Shown piece after piece: positions 51,685 through 60,585 of a stretch of DNA of 64,000 bases. Numbering within the stretch: position 1 is the stretch's first letter; each line of letters starts with the position of its first letter. A program made the translations under genes and the position numbers. Source of the stretch: an uncultured delta proteobacterium (GTDB lineage Bacteria > Desulfobacterota > Desulfobacteria > Desulfobacterales > UBA2156); the NCBI GenBank assembly GCA_963736855.1, contig CAVTQK010000009.1, positions 448,001 through 512,000 on the forward strand, written 5' to 3'. Below the pieces are notes generated by a model, which saw only the letters and a program-made list of their open reading frames with translations, was not told the origin of the DNA and did no database searches.

Positions 51685-52776
51685 TTACCTAAAGTAAGCC
51701 CGGATGAATTTCAGAAAGCGCTCGTTTTCTTCATCCTTTCCCGGTGTCACGCGGAAATAGCCGCTCTTGCCGTGAATCTCGCCGATCTTTTTAAGGAAAA
51801 TCTTTTCCATGTCCATAGCGGCCGCAAGGATTTCATCTGTGGTCTTTCCGGTCATGGTGGCGTCAATGAGCATATAATTGCCATGGGCCGAATACGGTTT
51901 GAGGCCGGCTTTCTTGAGTTCCTCGGTAAAGATGGCCATCCACTTGTTGTTGTGCGCCACCTTTGCCTTGACTTCTTCAGGGTTGTCGAGGATCGCCTCC
52001 GCTGCTGCTGCGGACATCACGCTGACGTTCCAAGGCAGGAACATGCGCTTGAAGGCGGCGATCATCTCTATAGTTCCCAGCACAAACCCAAAGCGGATGC
52101 CTGCAAACCCGTAAGCCTTGGAAAAAGTCACCGACAGAAAAACCTGGGGATATTTCTTGATCAATGGAGCTTTCGACGGATGGTCAGGGTTATAATCCAG
52201 GTAGGCTTCATCCACGCAAAGCGGCACACCGGTTTCGCAGAATCGGATCAGATCCTTGTCATCGATAAACACCCCGGTGGGATTGTTTGGATTGATAATC
52301 AGAATCAGCTTCGTGCGTGTATTGATGGCGTTGAGCATGCCTTCGACATCGTATTGAAGATCCCCTTTTCGAACCGAAATCTGGACCACTTTACCGCCGC
52401 ACAGTTCGGCGCGGGGCGGAAAGAGCTCGAAGGTGGGAGTGGAACAGATGAATTCATCTCCGGGTTTTAGAAAAATCCGCATCATCGCATCGATGATTTC
52501 CGATGAACCGTTGCAGAGCGCCACGTTTTCAGGACCCAGGCCGTACATTTTTCCGATCTTGGTCCGTAGACGGAGAAAGCTGTCAGGATACCAGTTTCCG
52601 TGTTTCATGGAGTTGGCGACAGCACTGATGACCTTGTCCGATGGGGGTATCGGGTTTTCATTGAGCATCAGCCGGCCTTTTTCTGGGCTGGCCCAAGCCT
52701 TATCTAGAATGCCGACGTTGTATTCCCGTGACGTGAGCAGCCACGGCACAAACCAGTCTTTGAGTTCTTTTGCCAT
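51685..52776 (-). CDS. HisC/CobD-like PLP aminotransferase (class II)
   Basis: LNENP, YPD, NPNNPTG, VDEAY and TFSKAYGFAGIRFG. Confidence 0.9.
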   Translation of the reverse strand: MAKELKDWFVPWLLTSREYNVGILDKAWASPEKGRLMLNENPIPPSDKVISAVANSMKHGNWYPDSFLRLRTKIGKMYGLGPENVALCNGSSEIIDAMMRIFLKPGDEFICSTPTFELFPPRAELCGGKVVQISVRKGDLQYDVEGMLNAINTRTKLILIINPNNPTGVFIDDKDLIRFCETGVPLCVDEAYLDYNPDHPSKAPLIKKYPQVFLSVTFSKAYGFAGIRFGFVLGTIEMIAAFKRMFLPWNVSVMSAAAAEAILDNPEEVKAKVAHNNKWMAIFTEELKKAGLKPYSAHGNYMLIDATMTGKTTDEILAAAMDMEKIFLKKIGEIHGKSGYFRVTPGKDEENERFLKFIRAYFR

Positions 52777-52833
52777 TTTTTCCTCCTGATACCATATTTA
52801 GTGTTCAAAAACCTGCGGGAAACGGTCGATCGT

Positions 52834-53946
52834 TTACAGCACCGCATCCAACGGTTTGTATTCCAATCCAAAAGCCTCGGCCACGCCTTTATAAGTCACC
52901 TTACCGTCGATGATGTTCACCCCTTTGGCCAAATCGGGGTTTTGCCTTACCGCGACCTTGTATCCTTTTCCCGCCAGTTCCAGCGCATAGGGCAGGGTGG
53001 CGTTGGTCAACGCAATGGTGGAGGTCATGGAAACCGCACCAGGCATGTTGGCCACACAATAGTGGATAATGCCGTCCACTTCATAGATCGGATCATCGTG
53101 GGTGGTTGGCTTTGCAGTTTCGACACACCCTCCCTGATCAATGGCCACATCCACGACAACCGAGCCTTTTTTCATCAAGCCCAGCATCTCCCGGGTAACC
53201 AGCTTGGGTGCCATGGCGCCTGGAATCAACACGGCGCCGACCACCAGATCGGCCTCCGGCAGAAAATGCCGAATGGTGGCGGGATTGGACATGACCGGAA
53301 AACAATTTTTAGGCATCACATCGGAAAGGTACCGCAAGCGTTCGAGATTGTTGTCCAACAGATAAACCTTGGCCCCCATCCCGCAAGCCACCTTTGCGGC
53401 GTTGGTCCCAACGACGCCGCCTCCGATGACCAGGACAGTCCCTGAATTCACCCCTGGTACGCCGCTCAGCAGAATCCCTTTACCGCCATACGTTTTTTCC
53501 AGGTACTTGGCCCCTTCCTGAATTGCCATCCGACCGGCCACCTCACTCATCGGCGTCAAGAGCGGCAATGATCCGTTGGGCTTTTCCACAGTCTCATAAG
53601 CGATCGCGACACATTTGCTGGCCATGATGGCGCGTGTCAATTCTTCCGATGCCGCAAAATGAAAATAGGTAAAGAGGACCTGCCCCTTCCGGATCAGAGC
53701 GTATTCAACCGGCAAGGGTTCCTTGACCTTCATAACCATTTCGCAGGAACTGTAGATTTTTTTCGGGGTTTTCGCAATGGCGGCTCCGGCCCTGACATAG
53801 TCACCATCCGAGAAACCGGAACCACTCCCCGCCAGGGTTTCGATGAGGACCTTGTGCCCGCGGGTTGCCATTTGTTCCGCACCGGCAGGCGTCATGGCTA
53901 CCCGGTTTTCTTTTCTCTTTATCTCTTTCAAAACACCTATTTGCAT
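52834..53946 (-). CDS. ald: Alanine dehydrogenase
   Basis: [35 protein letters not shown] and VANMPGAV. Confidence 0.96.
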   Translation of the reverse strand: MQIGVLKEIKRKENRVAMTPAGAEQMATRGHKVLIETLAGSGSGFSDGDYVRAGAAIAKTPKKIYSSCEMVMKVKEPLPVEYALIRKGQVLFTYFHFAASEELTRAIMASKCVAIAYETVEKPNGSLPLLTPMSEVAGRMAIQEGAKYLEKTYGGKGILLSGVPGVNSGTVLVIGGGVVGTNAAKVACGMGAKVYLLDNNLERLRYLSDVMPKNCFPVMSNPATIRHFLPEADLVVGAVLIPGAMAPKLVTREMLGLMKKGSVVVDVAIDQGGCVETAKPTTHDDPIYEVDGIIHYCVANMPGAVSMTSTIALTNATLPYALELAGKGYKVAVRQNPDLAKGVNIIDGKVTYKGVAEAFGLEYKPLDAVL

Positions 53947-53969
53947 GAGATGACCTCCTTCTTTGAATA

Positions 53970-55190
53970 CTATTTTTTCGAAGCGAAATTACAGGCCGAA
54001 TCCAAGCACTTTCCTGCAAAGGTTACCATCTCCTGTGTAGCCTTCGAAAACTGATCGGCCGTTCGCTGTAAGGCCGAATGTGTATTGTATTCATCACGGG
54101 TATATCCGTCTTCGGCATAGGCCCTTTCGAAATAGGGAACCCTCATGAGCTTGTCCATCACGTTCTTGGGAATATTCGCATGGATCCGATCCGGCTCGTA
54201 AACGATATTTTTTTCCTCCTCAAAATTCATGACCTGATCGATGAACGACGGCGGACAGGTGACAACGATGGATGCGCCGGTTTTTTCTTCCAAGTGCCAG
54301 ATCCGGGTGGCACCGTTTACTTTGGGCCCCAAACGCAGCGAACAGGAAAGCATCTTGCTGGGCATCCGATTTTTTTCTAGGAATTGATAGGCCTTCTTGA
54401 AAATCGCCAGTTCCGCCAACCGAATATCTCCATCGGTCAGTTCAATCCCCTTTTCCTTTGCAAAATCCCTCAAGCCGCCAAGATCGCCGTATCGGGATTC
54501 CATGTGGGTGATGACTGAACGCCATTTACTCAGATCCACGTTGTTTGCCTTGGCCCTTTTCAATCCTTTCTGAACGGTGCGGGCGCAATCCACCAGCTGC
54601 GGCAGAATAAACGTGAGGGTGTTGTTGGTGGAGATCCCCCGTGCGGTCAGCTCTTCGATGATATCGTATCCTTGCTTGGAGCCCGGCACTTTGATCATGA
54701 CATTCGGATTGATCGCGGCCAACTCGAGGGCCTGCCTGAGCATGGCGTCCTTGTCGAACACGCTTCTTGGATCCACCTGACCGGAAAGGAATCCCTCTTT
54801 GTATCCGGATTTTTCAAACACAGACAGATACATGTCCGATCCGCGCTTCACCACTTTCTTGTATAACCTCCAAAACAGGGACTCTTTTTCAATACCCGGA
54901 TTTTGGGCGATAATTTCTTTGGCAACGCCTTCCCAGTAGGGCGGATCGTCCTGAATCGCCTGCAAGGACAAGGGCGGATTGGTGGTCACCCCGCGGAACA
55001 GCTGTTTTTCCGGTGCTTTTTCGTCATACATGCGGCCAAACTGGCGTTGTAAGATATTTCGGTTCTCAGGCGCTGCCTTGTCGAGCATCTTATGGCACCA
55101 GTTTTTAAAAATCACCGGGGAGGAATCCCACCAGATCTCCATTCCAGGGCTGACTTCCACCAACTTTTCAATCAGGTTTTTCTCTTCCAT
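53970..55190 (-). CDS. Transaldolase-family protein with atypical active site
   Basis: WWDS, GVTTNPP, QVDP, Schiff-base Lys in MIKVP and NNTL. Confidence 0.88.
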   Translation of the reverse strand: MEEKNLIEKLVEVSPGMEIWWDSSPVIFKNWCHKMLDKAAPENRNILQRQFGRMYDEKAPEKQLFRGVTTNPPLSLQAIQDDPPYWEGVAKEIIAQNPGIEKESLFWRLYKKVVKRGSDMYLSVFEKSGYKEGFLSGQVDPRSVFDKDAMLRQALELAAINPNVMIKVPGSKQGYDIIEELTARGISTNNTLTFILPQLVDCARTVQKGLKRAKANNVDLSKWRSVITHMESRYGDLGGLRDFAKEKGIELTDGDIRLAELAIFKKAYQFLEKNRMPSKMLSCSLRLGPKVNGATRIWHLEEKTGASIVVTCPPSFIDQVMNFEEEKNIVYEPDRIHANIPKNVMDKLMRVPYFERAYAEDGYTRDEYNTHSALQRTADQFSKATQEMVTFAGKCLDSACNFASKK

Positions 55191-55269
55191 TCACATCCTC
55201 CTTAAAATAATGATTGATCAATACAGTTTGGCTCAATGGGAAGCTTCTCCGGTCTCAGCTTCGGATTGT

Positions 55270-56022
55270 TCATGGGGTCAAATGATATTGTCCCAATTCA
55301 ACTTCAAAAACGCATTTGTCCCCTCTGAAATAACTATAAAGCACTTCAACAGGCATGTTTCGATCATTATAGGTTACACTTTCCGAATACAAAGCAGCGC
55401 TGTTTTGCTTGAGTCCAAGCTGTTGGGCAATTTTCCTGTTCAGGTTGACCGCTCGGATCGTTTGTGCGCTTCGGGCCAGAATGACACCAAATTCCTTGGT
55501 AAAGATCTCGTACATGGAGCCGGTCAGATCCATATCCAGGATTCCCTCGAAAAGATCCGCCGGCACATAGGTCTCCTCATAAATCAATGGGTGGTCGTCT
55601 CCGGAGCGCACCCTTCGGATGGCAATGATTTTGCTGTTCGGGCTCACCGCCAAATTCTTTGCCACATATTGGGTCGGCACCTCGTAGCCTTTTTCAAGAA
55701 GCCGTGTCTTTTCGCGGATGCCGGACTGTTGAAGCTCCAGGCCCAAACTCGAAATCCGGTTTAGCTTGTGTCTCACTGGAAGTGATTCGACAGATGAAAC
55801 GAACGTGCCGATCCCTTTGACTTTTTGCAGCAACCCGCCGGCGGTCAATTCTCCGATGGCCTGTCTCAGCGTATTGCGGTTGACCCGGCACATCCGTGAC
55901 AATTCGATTTCAGAGGGAAGCTTTTCGCCGATCTTGTATCTTCCCTGCTGAATCGCATCTTTAAGCCATGCGCTGATCTGAAGATATTTGGGTATCGGGT
56001 TGTTGGGATCAACAATAATCAC
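55270..56022 (-). CDS. GntR-family regulator, HutC/UTRA subfamily
   Basis: LPSEIEL...VNRNTLRQA and GIGTFV, with a C-terminal UTRA region ending SYFRGD. Confidence 0.93.
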   Translation of the reverse strand: MIIVDPNNPIPKYLQISAWLKDAIQQGRYKIGEKLPSEIELSRMCRVNRNTLRQAIGELTAGGLLQKVKGIGTFVSSVESLPVRHKLNRISSLGLELQQSGIREKTRLLEKGYEVPTQYVAKNLAVSPNSKIIAIRRVRSGDDHPLIYEETYVPADLFEGILDMDLTGSMYEIFTKEFGVILARSAQTIRAVNLNRKIAQQLGLKQNSAALYSESVTYNDRNMPVEVLYSYFRGDKCVFEVELGQYHLTP

Positions 56023-56113
56023 GGTTTATTCACCCTTTTTTGCTGAAAGAAACCTAGTCGGGAGGCCGTTACAAATATTGAAATCTGTTGACATAGGGAA
56101 CAGCTTGTTCCGA

Positions 56114-58006
56114 CTACCTTTTACTCATGAACCTGATTTTATCCCTTATGTTATCCGGGCCGAGTCCTTGATACAGGATCTGCTCATTCAGACCGCCACG
56201 CCCTTCTTTGGTGGTCCCCATGTAGGCATAGGCGCCTTTGAATCCTTTTTCCAAAAGCCAGGTGCCGAATCGAACGCCCAGGCCCGATTTTGCGTTCTGG
56301 GTCTCCACCACCAGGACAAATTTTGCTCCTGCCAATCGCCTCATCATTTCTTCATCAATGACATTCAGCGTCGGCTTGTTAATGAGTCCCACTCGAATAT
56401 CATCGGCCTTCAGGCGTTCCACCGCATCGAGGCAGCGGTAGAGCATCTCACCGTAAGAAACGACAAACCCTCCTTCGCCTTCCCGGATCACTTCATCCTT
56501 TCCCGGGACAAACCGATAGTTTTTATCAAAAAATGTTTCCCCATGGGTGTTCAGGATAAACGGAGTCGCAGACCGCGTTGAAAAGACAAACCGCAAGCCC
56601 TCGTCATGAAAAACCTCTTGAAGGACAGCCCGCATCTGGTTGGAATCGGCCGGAAAGTACAATCGGGTGGCGTCCTTTTCCGGCAAACCGTTGTCGGCAA
56701 AAAAAATGTTGATCCCGAAATGGCAGGTGTTGTCCGCCATATCATCCACGCCGGCGTGGGAAAAATGGGCCAGCACATTGGCCCGGTTCAGACGAGCCAT
56801 GGTGACTTCCGAAACCACCATTTCCAGAAACGCGGAAAAGGTTCCAAAGATTCCCTGTCTTCCTTTTTCCGAACCGAATCCGGAGGCCACCGAAAAATTA
56901 CTCCGTTCCATGATGCCGCCCAGGATATAAATTTCGGGAAACGATTTTCGGATATGATGGAGCCCGCAGGATCCCTCCAGATCCGAATCCACGACGAGCA
57001 CCCTGGATTTGCGGTCCGGCATCGTTTTAAGAATATCGCAAAGGATCTTTCCGAAATCGTCCCGGTTTTTCGCTTGTTCCCGGGTACTCCCAAGATAGAC
57101 GGTTGCAGACTTTGGTTTGGCTGTCGTTTCCAGAACCCGAACGGCTTCCTGACGGCCCTTTTCTTTCAGATAGGAAACGGCAAGATCTACAGAAATCACA
57201 TCATGGGCCTTGGGGGAGCCCTCGATTCCCGGAATGCCTGCGGCCATTTTTCGCTGATTGATCATCGCCACCGGCCCATCGGTGGTCAGTGCCCGATGTA
57301 TCCTTTGATATAAAGCCGGCAGATCTTCGCCCAAACCGGTATCCACCTTCACTCCATGGCCCTTCAACGTTTTTTCGACGCTGAATCCTTTCAAATAGTC
57401 GCTGGGATGTCCGGCAATGGTCACATCATTGTCATCGATCAGGAGTTTGATGTTGAGATGCCGGGCCACGGCATACCGGGCCGCTTCCGCATCTCCGCCT
57501 TCCTGCTGGGAGCCGTCACTGCCGAACAGTACCACTATCTTGCCCGGATGGGCTGAAGCTACGCCGTTGACATAGCCCCACAAGTGACCCAGGCGTCCCG
57601 AGCTGAAAAAGACGCCCTGTTTGTCGTCCCTTTCGGGGTGCCCATAAAGGCCGCTGCCAAACTCCCTATAATGCAGCAGCGACTCGATCGGTTTGTACCC
57701 GTTCAGGACTGCCATAAGGTATTGAATGGCAACCCGGTGACCCGCCTCATCAAAGTACACAGGATAAATCGTATCGCTGCCCTTCATGAAACCATCCACA
57801 ATCAGAAGCTCGGGTACGATATCATATGCCCCTCCTGTATGGCCGCCCAGACCCTTGGTGTTGGCATAGGCGGTAAAAAAGACAATACTGTCGCGCACCA
57901 ACGCTATGTTTTGCCGCAACTGCACCTCGTTTTCATCGGTGAGTTGTCTTTGTGAGAAGGAAAACTTCAGGGGTTTAAACGCGCTAAAATCGATTGGAAA
58001 ATTCAT
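56114..58006 (-). CDS. Divergent single-chain transketolase-family ThDP enzyme
   Basis: GGHTGG, GHPE, ThDP motif GSDGSQQEG...DDN, DSDLEGSCG and GIMER. Start placed at ATG 58006 behind GGGAGG. Confidence 0.87.
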   Translation of the reverse strand: MNFPIDFSAFKPLKFSFSQRQLTDENEVQLRQNIALVRDSIVFFTAYANTKGLGGHTGGAYDIVPELLIVDGFMKGSDTIYPVYFDEAGHRVAIQYLMAVLNGYKPIESLLHYREFGSGLYGHPERDDKQGVFFSSGRLGHLWGYVNGVASAHPGKIVVLFGSDGSQQEGGDAEAARYAVARHLNIKLLIDDNDVTIAGHPSDYLKGFSVEKTLKGHGVKVDTGLGEDLPALYQRIHRALTTDGPVAMINQRKMAAGIPGIEGSPKAHDVISVDLAVSYLKEKGRQEAVRVLETTAKPKSATVYLGSTREQAKNRDDFGKILCDILKTMPDRKSRVLVVDSDLEGSCGLHHIRKSFPEIYILGGIMERSNFSVASGFGSEKGRQGIFGTFSAFLEMVVSEVTMARLNRANVLAHFSHAGVDDMADNTCHFGINIFFADNGLPEKDATRLYFPADSNQMRAVLQEVFHDEGLRFVFSTRSATPFILNTHGETFFDKNYRFVPGKDEVIREGEGGFVVSYGEMLYRCLDAVERLKADDIRVGLINKPTLNVIDEEMMRRLAGAKFVLVVETQNAKSGLGVRFGTWLLEKGFKGAYAYMGTTKEGRGGLNEQILYQGLGPDNIRDKIRFMSKR

Positions 58007-58140
58007 GGACTGCCTCCCATGGATCACATAGTCTTTCGCCCATCAGCCGCATACCGTCGACCGACCATCTTCTATCGAACCCCGCTGTCGCATCTTTCGA
58101 TGCGATTGTTTCCGGATGTTCAAGCCCCTCTGTCTAATGT

Positions 58141-58156
58141 TATAGATGTATATACA
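58141..58156. promoter_or_regulatory. Putative HutC-type GntR operator (site 1)
   Basis: TATAGATGTATATACA, containing the palindrome TGTATATACA. An identical inverted copy lies at 60489-60504. Confidence 0.75.
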
Positions 58157-58161
58157 TGTTA

Positions 58162-58191
58162 AATATATCCGGGAACCTGTTTTCATGTCAA
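58162..58191 (-). promoter_or_regulatory. Sigma70-type promoter for the transketolase operon
   Basis: Minus-strand TTGACA-18 nt-TATATT, immediately upstream of operator site 1. Confidence 0.6.
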
Positions 58192-58488
58192 GAAAAATTT
58201 GTGAGCTTAACCCGACCTTAACAGAGATATAAGACACCCTATTGAAAGATTGATATTTTTAATCCAGATGCTATGGTGGTTATATGTCCCATAAAACCAG
58301 CATAGACGCTCCCGGAGCCATTCATTTCCCAATCATCGGCGGCAAATGGGTGCGAAGCCGGATGCAGGATGATTTCATTCATAAATAGCGGCAGAACGAA
58401 AATATGAACGCATCTGTCGATATGTCATGAGCATCCCTGGAACTTTTACGCCCTAAGAGTTTACAAAGTTTTTCAATAGGAGGGCCGG

Positions 58489-59172
58489 ATGTTAAAGCTG
58501 GATGTCGGATGCGGTCAGAACAAAAAGAACGGTTTTTTGGGTATAGATATCGCCAGCTCACAAGGGGTTGATTTTGTTCTTGATATTACCAATGAGAAGC
58601 TTCCGCTTCAAGACAATTCAGTGGATGAAGTATTTTCAAATCACTTCTTTGAGCATATTGATTCACCCAAAGAGGCCCTTGAAGAACTGATCCGCGTATC
58701 CGTGGAAGGAGCGACCTTCGAAATCTGGACTCCCTATCTGAAATCCGACGAGGCCTTTCTTCTCGGTCACCGTCATTTCTATAACGAGACCATCTGGAGG
58801 CATATATGCATCGAATACCCTTACTTCTGGCTGAAAGATGTGGAAGCAACCCTAAGGCTGGATAAGTTATGTTATGTGCTCAAACCGGATGCGGTCGCCG
58901 AGCTGGAACAGCTCAAAATTCCCCTCTTTTTTGCCCTGAAACACATGTTCAATATTGCCAGTGAAATGGGAGCCATCATGACCGTCATCAAAGGAAAGGA
59001 TGTAAAAGGGATTCCCTGCGCCGAACCCGAGCGGTTCGTGTCTCTTTCGAGGCAAGGACCGTTTGAAAAACTGACTGATGCCGGAATTCCCTCAACGAAT
59101 ATGGCAACCTTAACAAAGGTTCGCCGGAAAATATCCTTATTATCCCAAAAGCTGTTTTCCTCCCGTTCCTAA
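58489..59172 (+). CDS. SAM-dependent methyltransferase (type 11-like)
   Basis: KLDVGCG, IDI and LPLQDNSVDEVFSNHFFEH, with RBS AGGAGG. Confidence 0.85.
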   Translation: MLKLDVGCGQNKKNGFLGIDIASSQGVDFVLDITNEKLPLQDNSVDEVFSNHFFEHIDSPKEALEELIRVSVEGATFEIWTPYLKSDEAFLLGHRHFYNETIWRHICIEYPYFWLKDVEATLRLDKLCYVLKPDAVAELEQLKIPLFFALKHMFNIASEMGAIMTVIKGKDVKGIPCAEPERFVSLSRQGPFEKLTDAGIPSTNMATLTKVRRKISLLSQKLFSSRS

Positions 59173-59341
59173 TTTCGTCGATCCAAAAAAGCCATTTTAA
59201 TGCACGCAAGGATTCCGGACCTTGCCATCAGGTCGCTTGGAATAAAGCAAGGATGCGGCCGCAGTCCATAAATGAACCTTCAACAGCGCCGCTGCCGCCC
59301 CTGATCCGTCAAGGATCTGCAGTTTCGCCCCGGTCGACAGC

Positions 59342-60295
59342 TTAAACGGCGACACCGCATTCTTCCCGGATGAACTCCAGATTCTTGACGGCATTCTCAT
59401 ACTTGACCTTGCCGTAGGCATAATAATCGAAGGTAATCTTGGAGACATTCAGTTGAATCAAGCTCCATAAAAACCAGTAGATGTCTGGAAACGGCTTAAA
59501 AAGATCAATGAAAAACATGGTCTTTTCAAACTCATGGTCTCCGCAGTAGGTTGCAACAATCTCTTTTTCGTACTGCCGAGGAACGAGGATTTCCTGGAAC
59601 ATATCGGCGATATCGTAATATTTGGGCGCCATCCCCGCGTATTCCCAGTCGATGATATACATGGGGGATGCATACTTTTCCAATGCGTCTTCATTGATGA
59701 GGATGAAATTGTCCGCCAGCAAGTCGTTGTGGCAGGGGGTATATTCGGACTCGGGAATGTTGATGATGCTTGATAGTTTGATGAGACGATCGATGGTTTC
59801 CGCGATATCGAACTCCGGATAATTGACATCCAGCCGCCTGAGGATGGCGGACATCTTCATGACCTCGATAAGGGGATTGAAAATCTTTTTCAATTTTGCC
59901 CCGCTGGTATGGATCTTTCGAATCGGCTCAACGATTTTGGGATGCAGTGACGTATCCAGAAAATGGTGGTTCTTTAACACAATAGAATCCCCGATGAATT
60001 CGACGATCGTCACTCCCAGTTCGGGCATGAACTTGATCAGTTTTGAACATACGCCGATTTTTGAAATTTCACGAACCGCCTGCGCCTCGTATTCCCGGTT
60101 GATGAAGAGATCGGTTTTGTCCCCATAGATCCGAACCGTATAATCGCCTTTTTCGGATTGAATCCGATACAGCTTGTTGGTGATCCCGCCTTTCAACTGG
60201 GTAATCCGGACATCAAGACCTTTCCATTCAGGCAAAAGGTCATAACAGATTTGCGGGGTCAAATCCCGGTCCAGTAAAGATATTGCACTGTGCAT
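59342..60295 (-). CDS. Choline/ethanolamine kinase-family phosphotransferase
   Basis: GGITN, RIYG, Brenner motif CHNDLLADNF and choline-kinase motif IIDWEYAG. Confidence 0.9.
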   Translation of the reverse strand: MHSAISLLDRDLTPQICYDLLPEWKGLDVRITQLKGGITNKLYRIQSEKGDYTVRIYGDKTDLFINREYEAQAVREISKIGVCSKLIKFMPELGVTIVEFIGDSIVLKNHHFLDTSLHPKIVEPIRKIHTSGAKLKKIFNPLIEVMKMSAILRRLDVNYPEFDIAETIDRLIKLSSIINIPESEYTPCHNDLLADNFILINEDALEKYASPMYIIDWEYAGMAPKYYDIADMFQEILVPRQYEKEIVATYCGDHEFEKTMFFIDLFKPFPDIYWFLWSLIQLNVSKITFDYYAYGKVKYENAVKNLEFIREECGVAV

Positions 60296-60488
60296 GTCCA
60301 TTCCCCCTTCAAATAAAGCGGTTGGCGATTTACATAAAAATCTTGACAAAAGTAAACCTTACACGTTAGGCAGAAAATCAATTTGAGTCCTCTGATTTGA
60401 TGAAGTTTAGTGACGGAATGCGTTCACGACGCCGATGGATCGATAGAGTCCTTTTTGACTGCTGAAGACTATTATTTTTCAGTTATGC

Positions 60489-60504
60489 TGTATATACATC
60501 TATA
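60489..60504. promoter_or_regulatory. Putative HutC-type GntR operator (site 2) in the kinase/TRAP divergent region
   Basis: TGTATATACATCTATA, the exact reverse complement of 58141-58156. Confidence 0.75.
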
Positions 60505-60585
60505 TCAATAAGCCCAATTCATGTCAAGGGGAAACGGCGGGACGAACTTGATGCTGACCCAACACCCAAAAAGGAGGCTGGTTCA

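Noticed and set aside
51685..52776. Housekeeping hisC or cobD
   Set aside because: There are no his or cob neighbours, and the gene is embedded with ald in a catabolic operon, so only the family is assigned.
53970..58006. Sulfoquinovose transaldolase/transketolase (sulfo-TAL/TK) pathway
   Set aside because: No sulfoquinovosidase, SQ isomerase or sulfoaldehyde oxidoreductase is present, and the kinase and SBP point to amino alcohols.
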